Assembly: GCF_011386835.1 (NCBI RefSeq)
Contig: NC_088794.1
Coordinates: 4,712,001 to 4,776,000, forward strand
DNA: 64,000 bases
Reading direction: 5' to 3'
From: Chrysemys picta bellii
Lineage: Eukaryota
Under the pieces are notes generated by a model. The model was not told the DNA's origin, did not search any database, and was given only the letters and a program-made list of their open reading frames with translations. The stretch's first letter is position 1, and each line of letters begins with the position of its first letter. The position numbers were made by a program, and so were the translations under genes. Of this stretch, positions 51,075-62,989 are shown piece after piece.

Positions 51075-52639
51075 AAATGTTGACTATTATATTATCATAA
51101 TCTGACATGAGATGTCCCATTCTGACATAACTTGACAATTATGCACCACTATTCTGAAAATAATAAAAGTATTGTAAAAATAAAAATAAAGCAGAAAAAA
51201 TTTCAAAACAAAAAGTTTAATTTTTTTTTCTGAAATTAAATTTTCTGATTTCTTTTTATGGGAATTTTCACGGAAGTAGATATGATTTCATGAAAAAAAA
51301 TCATTTAAGTTGATATGACATTGTCGGACAGAAAACTTTTAACAAAAATGTTCTGATCAGCTCCACTGTCAACCTTTTGAATGCACATAAGCATTTTATG
51401 TACTCTATGGCCTTGCAAAAATATACGAAATCATACAGCGCACTTATAGAACAATGGGCCAAATGCTTGATTCCTAGTCAAGTGCAGCTGTGTTCCAGCA
51501 TTGTCAGAACAAATCATTGCAAAAGATGGAATCTCCATATTTTATTTTTACAATCCAGCATAGCTTCAAAATCCTGGAGGTTGCAGGTTCCATTAAGAAT
51601 TTCCTTTGATTGTTGGTAACTTAGTAGTTTTTGAAGTAGGACTCGGATCTGATGATAACTTTTTTTTATAATCTTGTTCTTATCCCAGATAAACAGCAAC
51701 ACAGGGATGCCACGGTAACATCCAGAGATACTTAGCATGGGTCCAGTGGGCACAATTAAAACTTCTTTGGAAAAAAAAAGTTCTGTAATGACTCAAGTTG
51801 CAAACTGAATTATACTGTAACACACACTTAATTACTTAGCTATAAAGTGAGAATTTGCCATGCACAACAACAATTAGGGGAATCTCCAGATGCTGAAGTA
51901 AACTTGGAACAAAAGAATTACAGACACTGGTTTGCTTCACTCACGTTAGCCCAGCTCCTATGCCTGGTCTAATAGTTAAAACAAAGCAAAACAAAAAATT
52001 GATTGATGAATATATCTACAACCAAAGCAAGCACTTTGGGTCACTCTGATGCACTGAGTTCTGTTATTTGTTTTGTGTGGTTTCAGCCTTTGGGTGACCA
52101 CTGGTATGTTTATGAAAGTGTTTGCAAACCCCAACTTTTCACAGATATTATTGCAAATTCTTCTGAAAATTGGTCCCAAAAAGAGCACTTTTCCACCTTT
52201 CATTATTCTCCAAATGAAAAGGTTTTATGTTCATCCCTACAAGTGGGGAGTAGGAAGTATATCATATGGCTTAGGTGTCCTGTATCCCAAAAGAATAAAC
52301 AGCAAAGACTGAATAGTCAAGATGAGCAGTTTGTGAATAACCCATAAATGAACATCGTTTGACCAAAGTACTGTCCAAAAACTTATAAATACCAAATTCA
52401 TTCAAAGGAAATCAGGTTCATTTGACAAATGATTTGCTAAGCAAAAACTGAGGCTAGGTCTACACTACGGGGGGGTGGGGTGGTCGACCTAAGATAGGCA
52501 ACTTCAGCTACGTGAATAGCGTAGTTGAAATTGCGTATTTTAGGTCGACTTACTTGGCTGTGAGGACGGCGGCGAGTCGACCGCAGCTGCGCCGCGGTCG
52601 ACTCCGCTTCCGCCTCTTGCCGCTGTGGATTTCTGGTAC

Positions 52640-53270
52640 CTTTTAGGTACTTAAAAACTGTTACACATTTCCTCTCAGCCTTCTCTTTTCCAGACTAAAC
52701 AAACCCAATTCTTTCAATCTTCCCTTATAGCATGTTTTTTAGACCTTCAATCATTTTTGTTGCTCTTCTCTGGACTCTCTCCAATTTGTCCACATCTTTC
52801 CTGAAATATGGCACCCAGAACTGGACACAATACACCAATTGAGGCCTAATCAGTGCAGAATAGAGCAGAAGAATTACTTCTGGTGTCTTGCTTTCAACAC
52901 TCCTGCTAATACATTCCAGAATGATGTTTGCTTTTTTTGCAACAGCGTTACCCTGTTGATTCATATTTAACTTGTGGTCCACTATGTCCCCTAGATCTCT
53001 TTCCACAGTACTCCTTCCTAGGCAGTCATTTCCCATTCTGTATGTGTGCAACTGATTGTTCCTTCCTAAGTGGAGTACTTTGCATTTGTCCTTATTGAAT
53101 TTCATCCTATTTACTTCAGACCATTTCTCCAGTTTGTCCAGATCATTTTGAATTTTCATCCTATCCTCCAAAGCACTTGCAATCCCTCCCAGCTTGGTAT
53201 CGTCCGCAAACTTTATCACCTTATTATCTTCTAGATGTTTGCAAATTGATTCCCTAATTATTTGCTCCTC
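52640..53270 (-). mobile_element. CR1 fragment, inverted near-copy of 49790-50770 with an internal deletion
   Basis: Near-identical sequence, including apparently shared lesions. Confidence 0.9.
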
Positions 53271-53279
53271 CTCTGTGTT

Positions 53280-53707
53280 TTAAATCTTTTTATTTACCCT
53301 GTAAAGTTACCTTCCATCCTGATTTTGCAGGTGTGATTCTTTTACTTAAAAAAAAAAAATTATTCTTTTAAGAACCTGATTTATTTTCAGTGTCCTAAAA
53401 ACCCAGGGGTTTGGTCTGTGCTCACATTGTAACCAATTGGTTAGTATATTATTCTCAAGCCTCCTCAGGGAAGGGGGCGATGGGGTTTGGGGAAATGTTT
53501 TGGGGAAACAGGGACTCCAAGTGGCCCTTTTTCCTGTATTTTTGTCTAAATCACTTGGTGGTGGCAGCAATACCGTCCAAGGACAAGGAAAGGATGTGTG
53601 CCTTGGGGAAGTTTTAACCTAAGCTGGTAGAAATAAGCTTAGGGGGTCTTTCATGCACGTCCCCACATCTGGACCCCAGAGTTCAGAGTGGGGTGAGAAC
53701 CTTGACA
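53280..53707 (+). mobile_element. Gypsy-like LTR 3' fragment
   Basis: Ends cagagttcagagtggggtgagaaccttgaca, related to the reverse complement of the 6006 LTR start. Confidence 0.75.
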
Positions 53708-53856
53708 GTAAGCCTATTTGGTGGATGTGAGGGACTGATCTTTGTATTGCAGGATTTCTTTTTCCCCCGGCATTGAGACCTTGTTGTCTTTCTTCCTTGC
53801 TAATTGTGCCTCTCTCAAGCCTGCTGCCATCATACTTCCCCTTTGTGTGTCTGACC

Positions 53857-54293
53857 CAGAGGTGAAAGTAAGCCAATACGCCCCGGTACTACGTACCGGC
53901 AAGAGCCAGTGTGCCGTACCGGGGCAGCCCAGCTTCCCCAGGCAGCAATTTAAAGGGCCTGCGGCTCCCAGCAGTGGCTGGAGCCCCGGGCCCTTTAAAT
54001 TGCCAACAGAACCCCACTGCTGGAGCCCTGGGGTAGCGGCAGTGGGGCTCCGGGGGCTATTTAAAGGGCCATGGCTCTCCTGCCTCTACTGCCCATGGCC
54101 CTTTAAATAGCTGCCGGAACCCCGCCGCGAGCTACCCCAGGGGGAGGGCACTTGCCGGTACAGGGCAGGACGGGGCTGGCTCTGACCCCCCAATCCCTGC
54201 CCCTTCTACCCAAGGCCCTACCCCTTCCAGGGGCCAGAGCCGGCCCCAACCCAGCCCTGTACCGATAAGTCCCTATTTCTACTTTCACCCCTG
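53857..54293. mobile_element. hAT MITE
   Basis: cagaggtgaaagta ... tactttcacccctg with perfect TSD GTCTGACC. Confidence 0.9.
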
Positions 54294-56589
54294 GTCTGAC
54301 CTTCCCAAAATGGCTGCGGCCACACTTCCAAAAGAAGGGAGAGAGAGCAAACTGTCATGCCCAGTCACATGTCAGGGAGTGAGGAAGACCCCATTTCACC
54401 CACCCATCCTACTCCAATTTACCAACCATCCAGAGACGTGGGGAGAGGAAGGGGATTCAGCCATGACTTCCAAGAGATAGTTAGGGAAAGAGGGTTGTGA
54501 GGAAAGATGAAGGAAAAGGGGGAACAGTAGCTGTAACCTCTCTGCTATCTCCACAGCAATCGCCCCACCCCCCCAATGAAATTCTGTGTATAATTTCTTC
54601 CAAGTTACAGACTGGGTCTGGTGTGCTCCCTAAAAGTTCCCCTGAAGATTGTATTTTATCTCAACTTCCTCAAGAGCTATGTAAAGATTCATCTCCAAAG
54701 GGGACTTTAATAAATAGCTGAGATGGTGACATTACCACCTGTCCCATACATTCCATTACATTTCCTGAGGTTGCCTGGTTTCTGCTTGCCCGGGTGCTGG
54801 GGGTGAAGTCCAGTTAAATAGCTTTAAGATTGTTTTGGGTATCGTAAACCAGCATCATGGTGTGATGACATGTTATCTTCCTGTTGAATCAACAATGTTT
54901 TACCAAGCTGTTCTTGTGATATAATACCATCACATGCTGATGTGACCTCATAACGCAGTATCAGGACTTCTGGGACATGACTCTTTTCTACTGAGGGGCA
55001 AATTCCAAGAGGCAGGAACTCAAAGGTGGAGGAGGTGATAAGCTAGGAGGTCCTTTCCCACCCATCTCAAACCATCCCAAGTCAACATTAACCAAATACC
55101 ATTGCCTTCTACCAACTGTTTTGTTGGGTGAATGAAATATCTAGTCATCACAATACAACTCCTTGCTCCTTGACCTATTGGTGTTAGCCTTGTCCATGAG
55201 AGACAAGCACAAGGGTGAAAAAGTTAAGTCTTGCTCCTTCTCTGGAGATTGCTAACCATGGTATCCAAGTGGGGTAGCTCTCTTGGGTGGCCTGGATGAC
55301 TCATATTCTAAAAAGATGATCTTTCTGCATGTGTATAATATGGGAGCAGAGGGAGGGAACAGCTGCTAGAAAGGGGGTGGTCTCTTACTGGAAGATATAG
55401 ATTTGTTTTAGAGGACTCTCATATTCTCACAACTGGAGGTATGCTCTGCTTTGAGTGCTCTGAAGTTCTGGTGGTCACATTCAGAAAGTTTGCAGGAATC
55501 TATTGATTTTGAGGAGGAGTGTTAATGTCTCAAATTGAATGTAGCTTGTTTAGGAGGGTAAGTAGCATCACTGTAATTAATGGAAGCGAATCTGAACTGA
55601 ATGAGCATCCCATCACCAGGGCTGTTGTTCTTTTTGTTGGATCGTTGTGTTCACATAAGGGTGGAGTTGTTCATTGTGAGTCATGCACCAGATTTCAAAC
55701 GTCTTAACCATTGTCACTCACAAACCTTCTCTTTTCAGATGGGTTGAAAAAACCCTCTTCCATGACTCTGTCCAAAATAGCTCTAATTCCAGAGAGACCC
55801 ATATTGCACAACCATCTGTGGGCAGCTTAATTAAAATGTACTACACTGACATGACATAAATTGCATTGTACTTAAACGCAAAGCTAGATGGTTCAGAATT
55901 CTGCATACTACCCCTAAGATGCAATAAGATTTGTTTCTTCCTCACTCATAATGCTAATTGTTTGCAAAGGGACATAACAAAAAAAGGACACGTGAGACAC
56001 TCAAAAGGATTCACACAGTTTTATATATATATACATTTGCATTTAACAGATCCTCATAGTGAGCACATGCCTACATGTTCATGAGAACATAATGCAAAAT
56101 TATTACTATTAGTTGTATTGCAGCATTGCCTAGTGGCCTTAACTGAAACTGGGACTCCACGTGCTTGGTGCTGTACAAACATAGTAAAAGACACTCCCTG
56201 CCCTGAAGAGTTTACAGTCCAAAATGGCAAAACGTGGGAGGGAAGCAGAGGTCCAGAGAAAGGAAGTGACTGACCCAAATTCAGAATGTAACAGAACCAA
56301 GACTAGTACCCCGTCACTTCAGAACCACAGTCAGGGCTATCACTGGGTCATACTGTTCCTGTGCTACTGGGACTACAGTAATGATCATAAATAATCTAAC
56401 TGAAATTAGGAATAAAATTGAACAAAGAACTGGAAAAGTTTCCACTTTTCACTGAGCCGTAAATGTTGCAAGCATTCACATCAAAGTAGAATGGCAATAT
56501 GTAGCCTGATTTAGGGTGTACTAATAATATTAATTTAAGTCATCAATTTAATTCTATTTCGATTTGATTAATGTTATTATTAATAATTG

Positions 56590-57680
56590 ATTATTAATAT
56601 TAATCAGTATGGGTCTTAGGCTCGCCAATCTGTTTGATCAGAAGATAAAAGTTCTTGTCCCGAATCAGGCTCCACACAATTTACAAAGGACCCTCGGGGG
56701 TATGAAAGGAAGCACATAGATATAACTGTAAAGACTTTTATTAACATCAATGAACTAGTAAATAAATGGTAAAATAATCAGAGTTACAAAGTTACAATTG
56801 CATTACTGCTATTCAAAAGATAGTATTATAGGCTACGCAGCTTTGGTTAATATACTCACACCCTTCCTTGATAACCTGGTGGTAAGAGACACAGACCAGC
56901 CTTGCGGTTCGGGTTTCTCAATTCTCGAGTGAGAGATGCAGTGCTTAGAAGAAACTAATGCTCAGAGCTGTCAAAGCTAACTTAGTGTTTACTTGACTAA
57001 CTTAAACTGAAACATAAAACCTAATAAACAAACTAAGAATAAAAGTTTAAGGAAACCAGATTTAGCCTAGTTCCCTTGAAACTTAGAAAATTAAGAAGAA
57101 CAAGTAAAGCCTACTAATAGTAGTAGTCGTAGTAGAGAGATAGAATAGACGAGGAATAGGAATATAGAGAGACTAGAAATAGAATTGTATAGCGAGGTGG
57201 GTCACCTCTTTTATCCTCCCTCCTATGCCCAAATTTCATTCCTCACCCACAAAATGTTCGGGTACACTTCCTCCATAGGCTAGTATGTATGTGTGTATGG
57301 ATGATGTACCTACCCACATATATTATTTCTGTTCTTTAGTCATTTCAGTTCTTTCCTTGTGGTGTACCTGTTAAGTCTGTGGGTACAAATTGAAAAAACC
57401 CCTATGCCATTCTCCATTGTCTATTGGTCCAGATAAAAGGTCTTAGCTATTTAGGTAACAAGATGTAGATCAACTTTGCTTTCTGGCTAAAAGGTCTTAA
57501 TACGGATATGCTAACTTTGCCTTAGCTTAACATACAGGATATGGCCTGTAGGTCTCTTGTATTACAGCCGAATTTACTTTAATATAAATCTATAAACCTA
57601 GTACAATAAACCAAATACTTAAACTAAACTAAAAATAAAATATATATATAAGCAAGCAGGCTAATCCTATAGGCTACACA
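56590..57680. mobile_element. LTR-like repeat (ERV-type, approximate)
   Basis: Homologous to 48180-48990; ends ...ctacaca. Confidence 0.5.
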
Positions 57681-57724
57681 TAGCAGGATTCAGAGAAAAT
57701 CATTGGGAATTTTCACAGAAAAAC

Positions 57725-57960
57725 TGAACACCTGTGATATTAAAGGTTTCAGAGTAGCAGCCGTGTTAGTCTGTATCCGCAAAAAGAAGAACAGGAGTAC
57801 TTGTGGCACCTTAGAGACTAACAAATTTATTAGAGCATAAGCTTTCGTGGACTACAGCCCACTTGCATCCGAAGAAGTGGGCTGCAGTCCACGAAAGCTT
57901 ATGCTCTAATAAATTTGTTAGTCCCTAAGGTGCCACAAGTACTCCTGTTCTTCTTTTTGT
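57725..57960. mobile_element. Penelope end forming an ~85-bp-arm inverted repeat
   Basis: 57780-57864 is the near reverse complement of 57875-57960. Confidence 0.85.
57865..57904 (+). ncRNA. Minimal hammerhead ribozyme motif (Penelope)
   Basis: gcat-CCGAAGA-A-GTGGGC tgca GTCCAC-GAAA-GCTT-A-tgc. Confidence 0.6.
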
Positions 57961-58042
57961 GATATTAAAATCTCTTTTCTCTAAAATTTCTGCTGAATAG
58001 CGTTACTTGGCAGAAGTACCATCATTCCACACATCACATTTT

Positions 58043-58972
58043 TCATTTCACCCCTAAAGTCACTTTTCTGCTCCCTAATTTTCTCATGGCATTTTTCACC
58101 TCCTTATTGCGCAGGGTGTAGATCAAGGGATTCAGCACCGGAGTGATAATGGTGTAGAACACGGTGACCATCTTATCCTCTGAGAAGGTGATGGAAGGTC
58201 TTAAATACATGAAGATACATGGCCCGAAAAATATAATCACTACAGCAATATGGGAGGCACAGGTGGAAAGAGCTTTGCGACGACCTTCGGAGGAGCGAGT
58301 TCTCAAGGAGACTAAGATGATGACATAGGATACAACCAGCACAACAAAACAGGTCAGAGAAATCATCCCGGTATTGGCAATGACCATGACGCCAACAAGG
58401 TAAGTGTCAGTGCAGGTCAGTTTCAGCAAAGGGTGCACATCGCAGAAATAGTGGTCAATCTCGTTGGGCCCACAGAAGGGTAACTGGATGGTCAGGAGAG
58501 TCTGAACGATGGAATGCACAAAGCCACCCACCCATGAAGCCATCACAAGTGAGCCACAAACACACCCAGTCATTATGGTTGTGTAATGGAGGGGTTTGCA
58601 GATTGCAATGTAACGATCGTACGCCATCACTGTGAGGAGGAAGATTTCAGTGCACCCAAAGAAATGGAACACAAACAGCTGTGCTATGCAGCCATCAAAG
58701 GAGATGGTTTTCCTCTCCACAAAGAAGTCTGTAATCAGTTTTGGGGCTGTGACAGAGGAAAGGCACATGTCTACAAAGGACAGATAGCTGAGGAAGAAAT
58801 ACATGGGAGACTTCAGATACTGGCTGCTCTTAACAGTGACAATGATGAGAAGATTTCCCAGCACAGTCGCGATATAGAGGAGTACAAAGAACACAAAACA
58901 CACTGGCTGTAACATCTCATTGTGGCAAAGTCCCAAAAGGATGAATTCAGTCACATTCTGCGTGGCCTCCAT
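58043..58972 (-). CDS. Olfactory receptor, class II family-4-like, intact single exon, 309 aa
   Basis: N-glycosylation [49 protein letters not shown] motifs. Upstream acceptor near 59016. Confidence 0.97.
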   Translation of the reverse strand: MEATQNVTEFILLGLCHNEMLQPVCFVFFVLLYIATVLGNLLIIVTVKSSQYLKSPMYFFLSYLSFVDMCLSSVTAPKLITDFFVERKTISFDGCIAQLFVFHFFGCTEIFLLTVMAYDRYIAICKPLHYTTIMTGCVCGSLVMASWVGGFVHSIVQTLLTIQLPFCGPNEIDHYFCDVHPLLKLTCTDTYLVGVMVIANTGMISLTCFVVLVVSYVIILVSLRTRSSEGRRKALSTCASHIAVVIIFFGPCIFMYLRPSITFSEDKMVTVFYTIITPVLNPLIYTLRNKEVKNAMRKLGSRKVTLGVK

Positions 58973-59193
58973 GTACTCAGTTTAAATAATGGGTATATAG
59001 AATACCGCTAATCCACCTGCCGTGACACAAAACAAGGATAGGAATAATCAATAGATATTGACCGGTGACCAGGTGAATGTCAAGATGCATTGACTGAAGT
59101 GGTAGACTTTGTCCAAAAATAAAAATGAGCAATATGTAACTCAAGGAACTAGAGAAATTGGCTTGAGTTACATATTGCCATGAACAGTGTATA

Positions 59194-59376
59194 CACCTCT
59201 ACCTCAATATAACCCTGTCCTCGGGAGCCAAAAAATCTTACTGCGTTATAGGTGAAATCGCGTTATATCGAACTTGCTTTGATCCACTGGAGTTAACCCC
59301 CCCCCCGGAGTGCTGCTTTACCGCGTTATATCCGAATTTGTGTTATATTGGGTCGCATTATATCGGGGTAGAGATG
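59194..59376. mobile_element. Tc1/mariner-Tigger-like MITE
   Basis: cacctctacc TIR with TA TSD; same family as 25546-25719. Confidence 0.8.
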
Positions 59377-60389
59377 TACTCAAAATAATTAGAGTGGAAA
59401 CTCTGAAGACGTTTCATTATATTCTTCCCCCATAGTGAATCATCAAAGACTTTAACTGTAAGTGAAAAATTTAACCTTAACTACGCTTTGTAATCAGCCC
59501 TTCCATGATACGCATTCTATTTTATTCTTATTGCATTGTTAAACACCCTTCAGAAATCCCATTTTTCAGCCAAGGATAACCACATCGCTTCCCTTTGCAT
59601 TTGGGCACATAAATGCTCAAAAATATTGATTTGTGCATGCAAACATGAAACTGAGTTACCTTGTTAAGTAACCAATGATTGAAAACTGGTCTCTGATTAT
59701 TTTCATCACAAAATTATTTCACAAAATTTATATTTAGTTGAAAAGCCATTTTAACTGAAAAAAATGGTTTCAGTGGAGAATTTTGACCAGCTTTACACAA
59801 AACCCCAATTTAAACTAGAATTAAAACACTAATTTATCAGCAGGACTCATGGATACACTTTAGATTATCTATGCTGCTCCAAAAACGCAAAGTAGCCATA
59901 AACACTGTTCGATTGACCGGTTAACTCTGTCACCAGAGTGGTGGAAAACAGCTGAAGCCTATTAGTGAACCTGACCCTATATGTGTTATCATTTGATTTG
60001 AGGTGACTGAATTAAATTTTCTGTGTTCAAAAGGAAGTATTTATGAGTGGTCATAAACAGGAATGGATTAAATATGGTGTGGCGGGTGGTCATTGCTTAT
60101 GGACTAGCATCTAATAAACCTATTTTATAGATTTCAAAACTAAAATTAAAATAACAAATAAAAATAATATGAAGATTTTTCAAGAGGGAAGTTTGTAATG
60201 AAGATTTTAGAGTCATTCATCGCACTTTAGGTGAATTAGTTGGAGACCGATTGATGGAGGGGGAATTAAATTGGAGTGAGTCTGAATAAAGTGTTTTCTT
60301 TTTCTTTTACATTGGTAGAACTAAGCAGGAAAAGAACAGCATAAAATACTCAACCTTGCTGGAAAACTCACATGGGTTGTATTTGCAGA

Positions 60390-62600
60390 TCTCAAAACTT
60401 ACCTGGATGGTGATGGGTTTTATTTCCCCTGCTTCTAACCTGCTCCCGTAGCAAAGGTGTTTGGCTCTGAACAACAGTAAGCAGTTGATGAGGGTGATTT
60501 ACAAGATCATCAGTTACTCCCTACTATATAGATTTTCTGCTTTGTAAATTTCATCCTAACACCCATCTTTACAAGCCCTGTCTTAGGATATCCTTTGCTG
60601 TCTGTCAAATCTGCGAAGACCAAATTAGCGAACTAGAGAAGTGGTTTGGTCAAGGCAGCCCCCAGGAATCTTTTCACATCAACCACTCTCCTAACTCACA
60701 AAGCCTCAGGTCGAAGACCATCTCCATCCCTCACTCTGCAAAATCTAAGACCCAACAAGATCTTTGGGGAAAACTGTCTCCCTCTTTGCTGTGAAGTCAC
60801 AGCAGAAATTTTTAAAATAAATATGTAGTGGCAGTGCGTTATTCTCTGGTTAATGAGCTCCCAGAGGCATTTCACAGCTTCTCCACTGGAAATAGTTTTG
60901 AAGAAGCACTCCCCTATACAACTTTAAACATGTATGTGAAGCAAACTTCCAAAGCTCTGCTGAGAGTTAGTCCCTTTCATTGTTTTCAAACTCCATCTTT
61001 CAATGTGAACCATCCCGCACCTCCTCATATTTTCACCAAGTGGTGGCCTTAGAGATCTTGCTATTATCCAGTTCCTTCTACTCACACCCCCTACATAACA
61101 AGAGGGCACAGGAAATCCAGTGTCAATTTCCTCATTTCACTCCTATGCTTAGAAAGGGGACCTCGAGAACTTGGGCAAAAGGCAACAAGCTCTGTGGACC
61201 TGCTGTGTGTGGACAGCCATTGGATCAGGCCTTAACCGAAGAGAACTCATGCCCAACAAAATCAATGGAAAATCGCCGGGTTGACTTCAGTGACTTTTGC
61301 ATCACCCTTAATCACTGATAATGGGATTGAAAAATGTTTGGATTTCTCTTCTACGTGATAATGTGACTCAACGGTGACAGGACCAGGGCTTGTGACAAGA
61401 CTGGGGCAATGGGATTTCACTGCAGCGCCAGTTCTCAGAGACACCCTGGCTGCACAGGATGATGGGAGTTCGGAGGAAATGCCTGGTGATGTGGCCACTG
61501 CTGCTTACGTTCCAGGATGTTATCTTGTATTCCGCCCTATGCTTAGTCTGGGGTGCCACGGCTGTGGAAAGCGTGGGAAGGCTAGCAGCATCACTGGTGC
61601 TGGGACCTCCCACCTCATATAGGCACTTGATACTATTCACAGTGAAAGTGTAGCCCACTAGTGAATGTGCGTCTCCGACCTTCCTACGTGCCAAAGTGCT
61701 GACGCTGTTGCTCTTTAATTCAAGCTCTACCAACTCCTGCCTTTACTTCCGGAGATCCCCAGTTAAATCCTTGGTGTGTTGGGTGTCACAGATGGAGGCT
61801 GCTACAAAAACAGGAGTGGGACCATGTAATCAAGGATATAAAATATGTTTGTACTTCATATGGCTTTTCCAAATCCGTACACGGGGGTGGGAGGGGAGAG
61901 AATATGGCTTGATACCCTCTCTTCTACTTATGCAGCCATAGACAAACTGGTCCATCATAAGAGAAGAGTTAGTTATTCCCTGGGGTAACAAAATGTTGTG
62001 TCATGAAACCACAATTGCAATGATATGGCCAGATCGAGCAGATACAGCAGCTATTAGAGACAATCAAACTATGCCATTGACATAGTATTCATTGGGAATG
62101 TATCCCCTTTTTTCCTAAGCGAATCATTCATAAAAGCACTACTGATCTTCTTTGATCATATTCGTAACTCTTACGTCTACATGACAGTGTTCAGATGGGT
62201 AATTTTCACTTCTGAGTTGTTCACAAACTGTTCGCTCGGACTTTTCTCTCTTTGTATTGAATTTGACATGTTGGTGGCCTGCCAATCCCTTCCTAACTCT
62301 AAGTGGGGATTCCAGCTGTCTTCAGTAAACTCCCACTGTCCCAGTCGTGAATGGAAACAATGGAGGGGCTGCGGAAGCCTCTTGAAGCCCCTTTTAGGTC
62401 AGAGGACAGAAGAGCTAAGCAAGGAAATGATCCATGTACTTGTTTGGAGACACTGGCCGTCGGTCATGGTGCTTTGTCAGGTCCACTGCGGCCTGACTGA
62501 CTCACCCTGCCGAGCTGCCGTTTGTGGCTTCCAAGGTGTATGCTCTATAGCACAGGGAGGCCAATTCCTCACCCTGCTTTGCCCCTGGGTCCACTAATTG
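60390..62600 (+). pseudogene. Candidate endogenous viral element: decayed mononegaviral (borna-like) L polymerase fragment, copy 1
   Basis: Colinear degenerate motifs: F*PAPV, PLCCEVTAEIF, MLRK..RTWAKG..PLDQ, AAPVLRDTL, ITGAGTSHL, FVL..P.PYTG, VSYSLG. One frame covers 61374-62597 with about ten stops. Confidence 0.55.
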
Positions 62601-62989
62601 AGCTGCCTCTGCAGAGCAAAGAACAGCACAGAGCCCTCAGTCATCCTTGCCTAGCGGCTCCGCTGGCCCTCCTTCTCTTGCTGTGCCTTGGTTTCCCCTC
62701 TCTGAAAAGCAGGAGTGAATCCATTTCACTCTCCAACTCACCCATTGCTGACTCAGTTTCCCCCTTGTTGTCCCTCCCATCTAGTTAGCCCTGCCTCCTG
62801 GCACTGTATTTGCAGGGTTGAGGGGCGCGGCCTGCTCACAGCCTGGTCATAGGGCAGCGCAGGGGCTGAAGAAACACTGGAGACTGAGGTATCAATATGG
62901 CAGGAGCATGCCTAGCTTCAAAACTTCCATTGGGCAGCCCTGCATGAAATCCTATACTATATTCCCACAGGATGTGTCCAGTACTGTCA

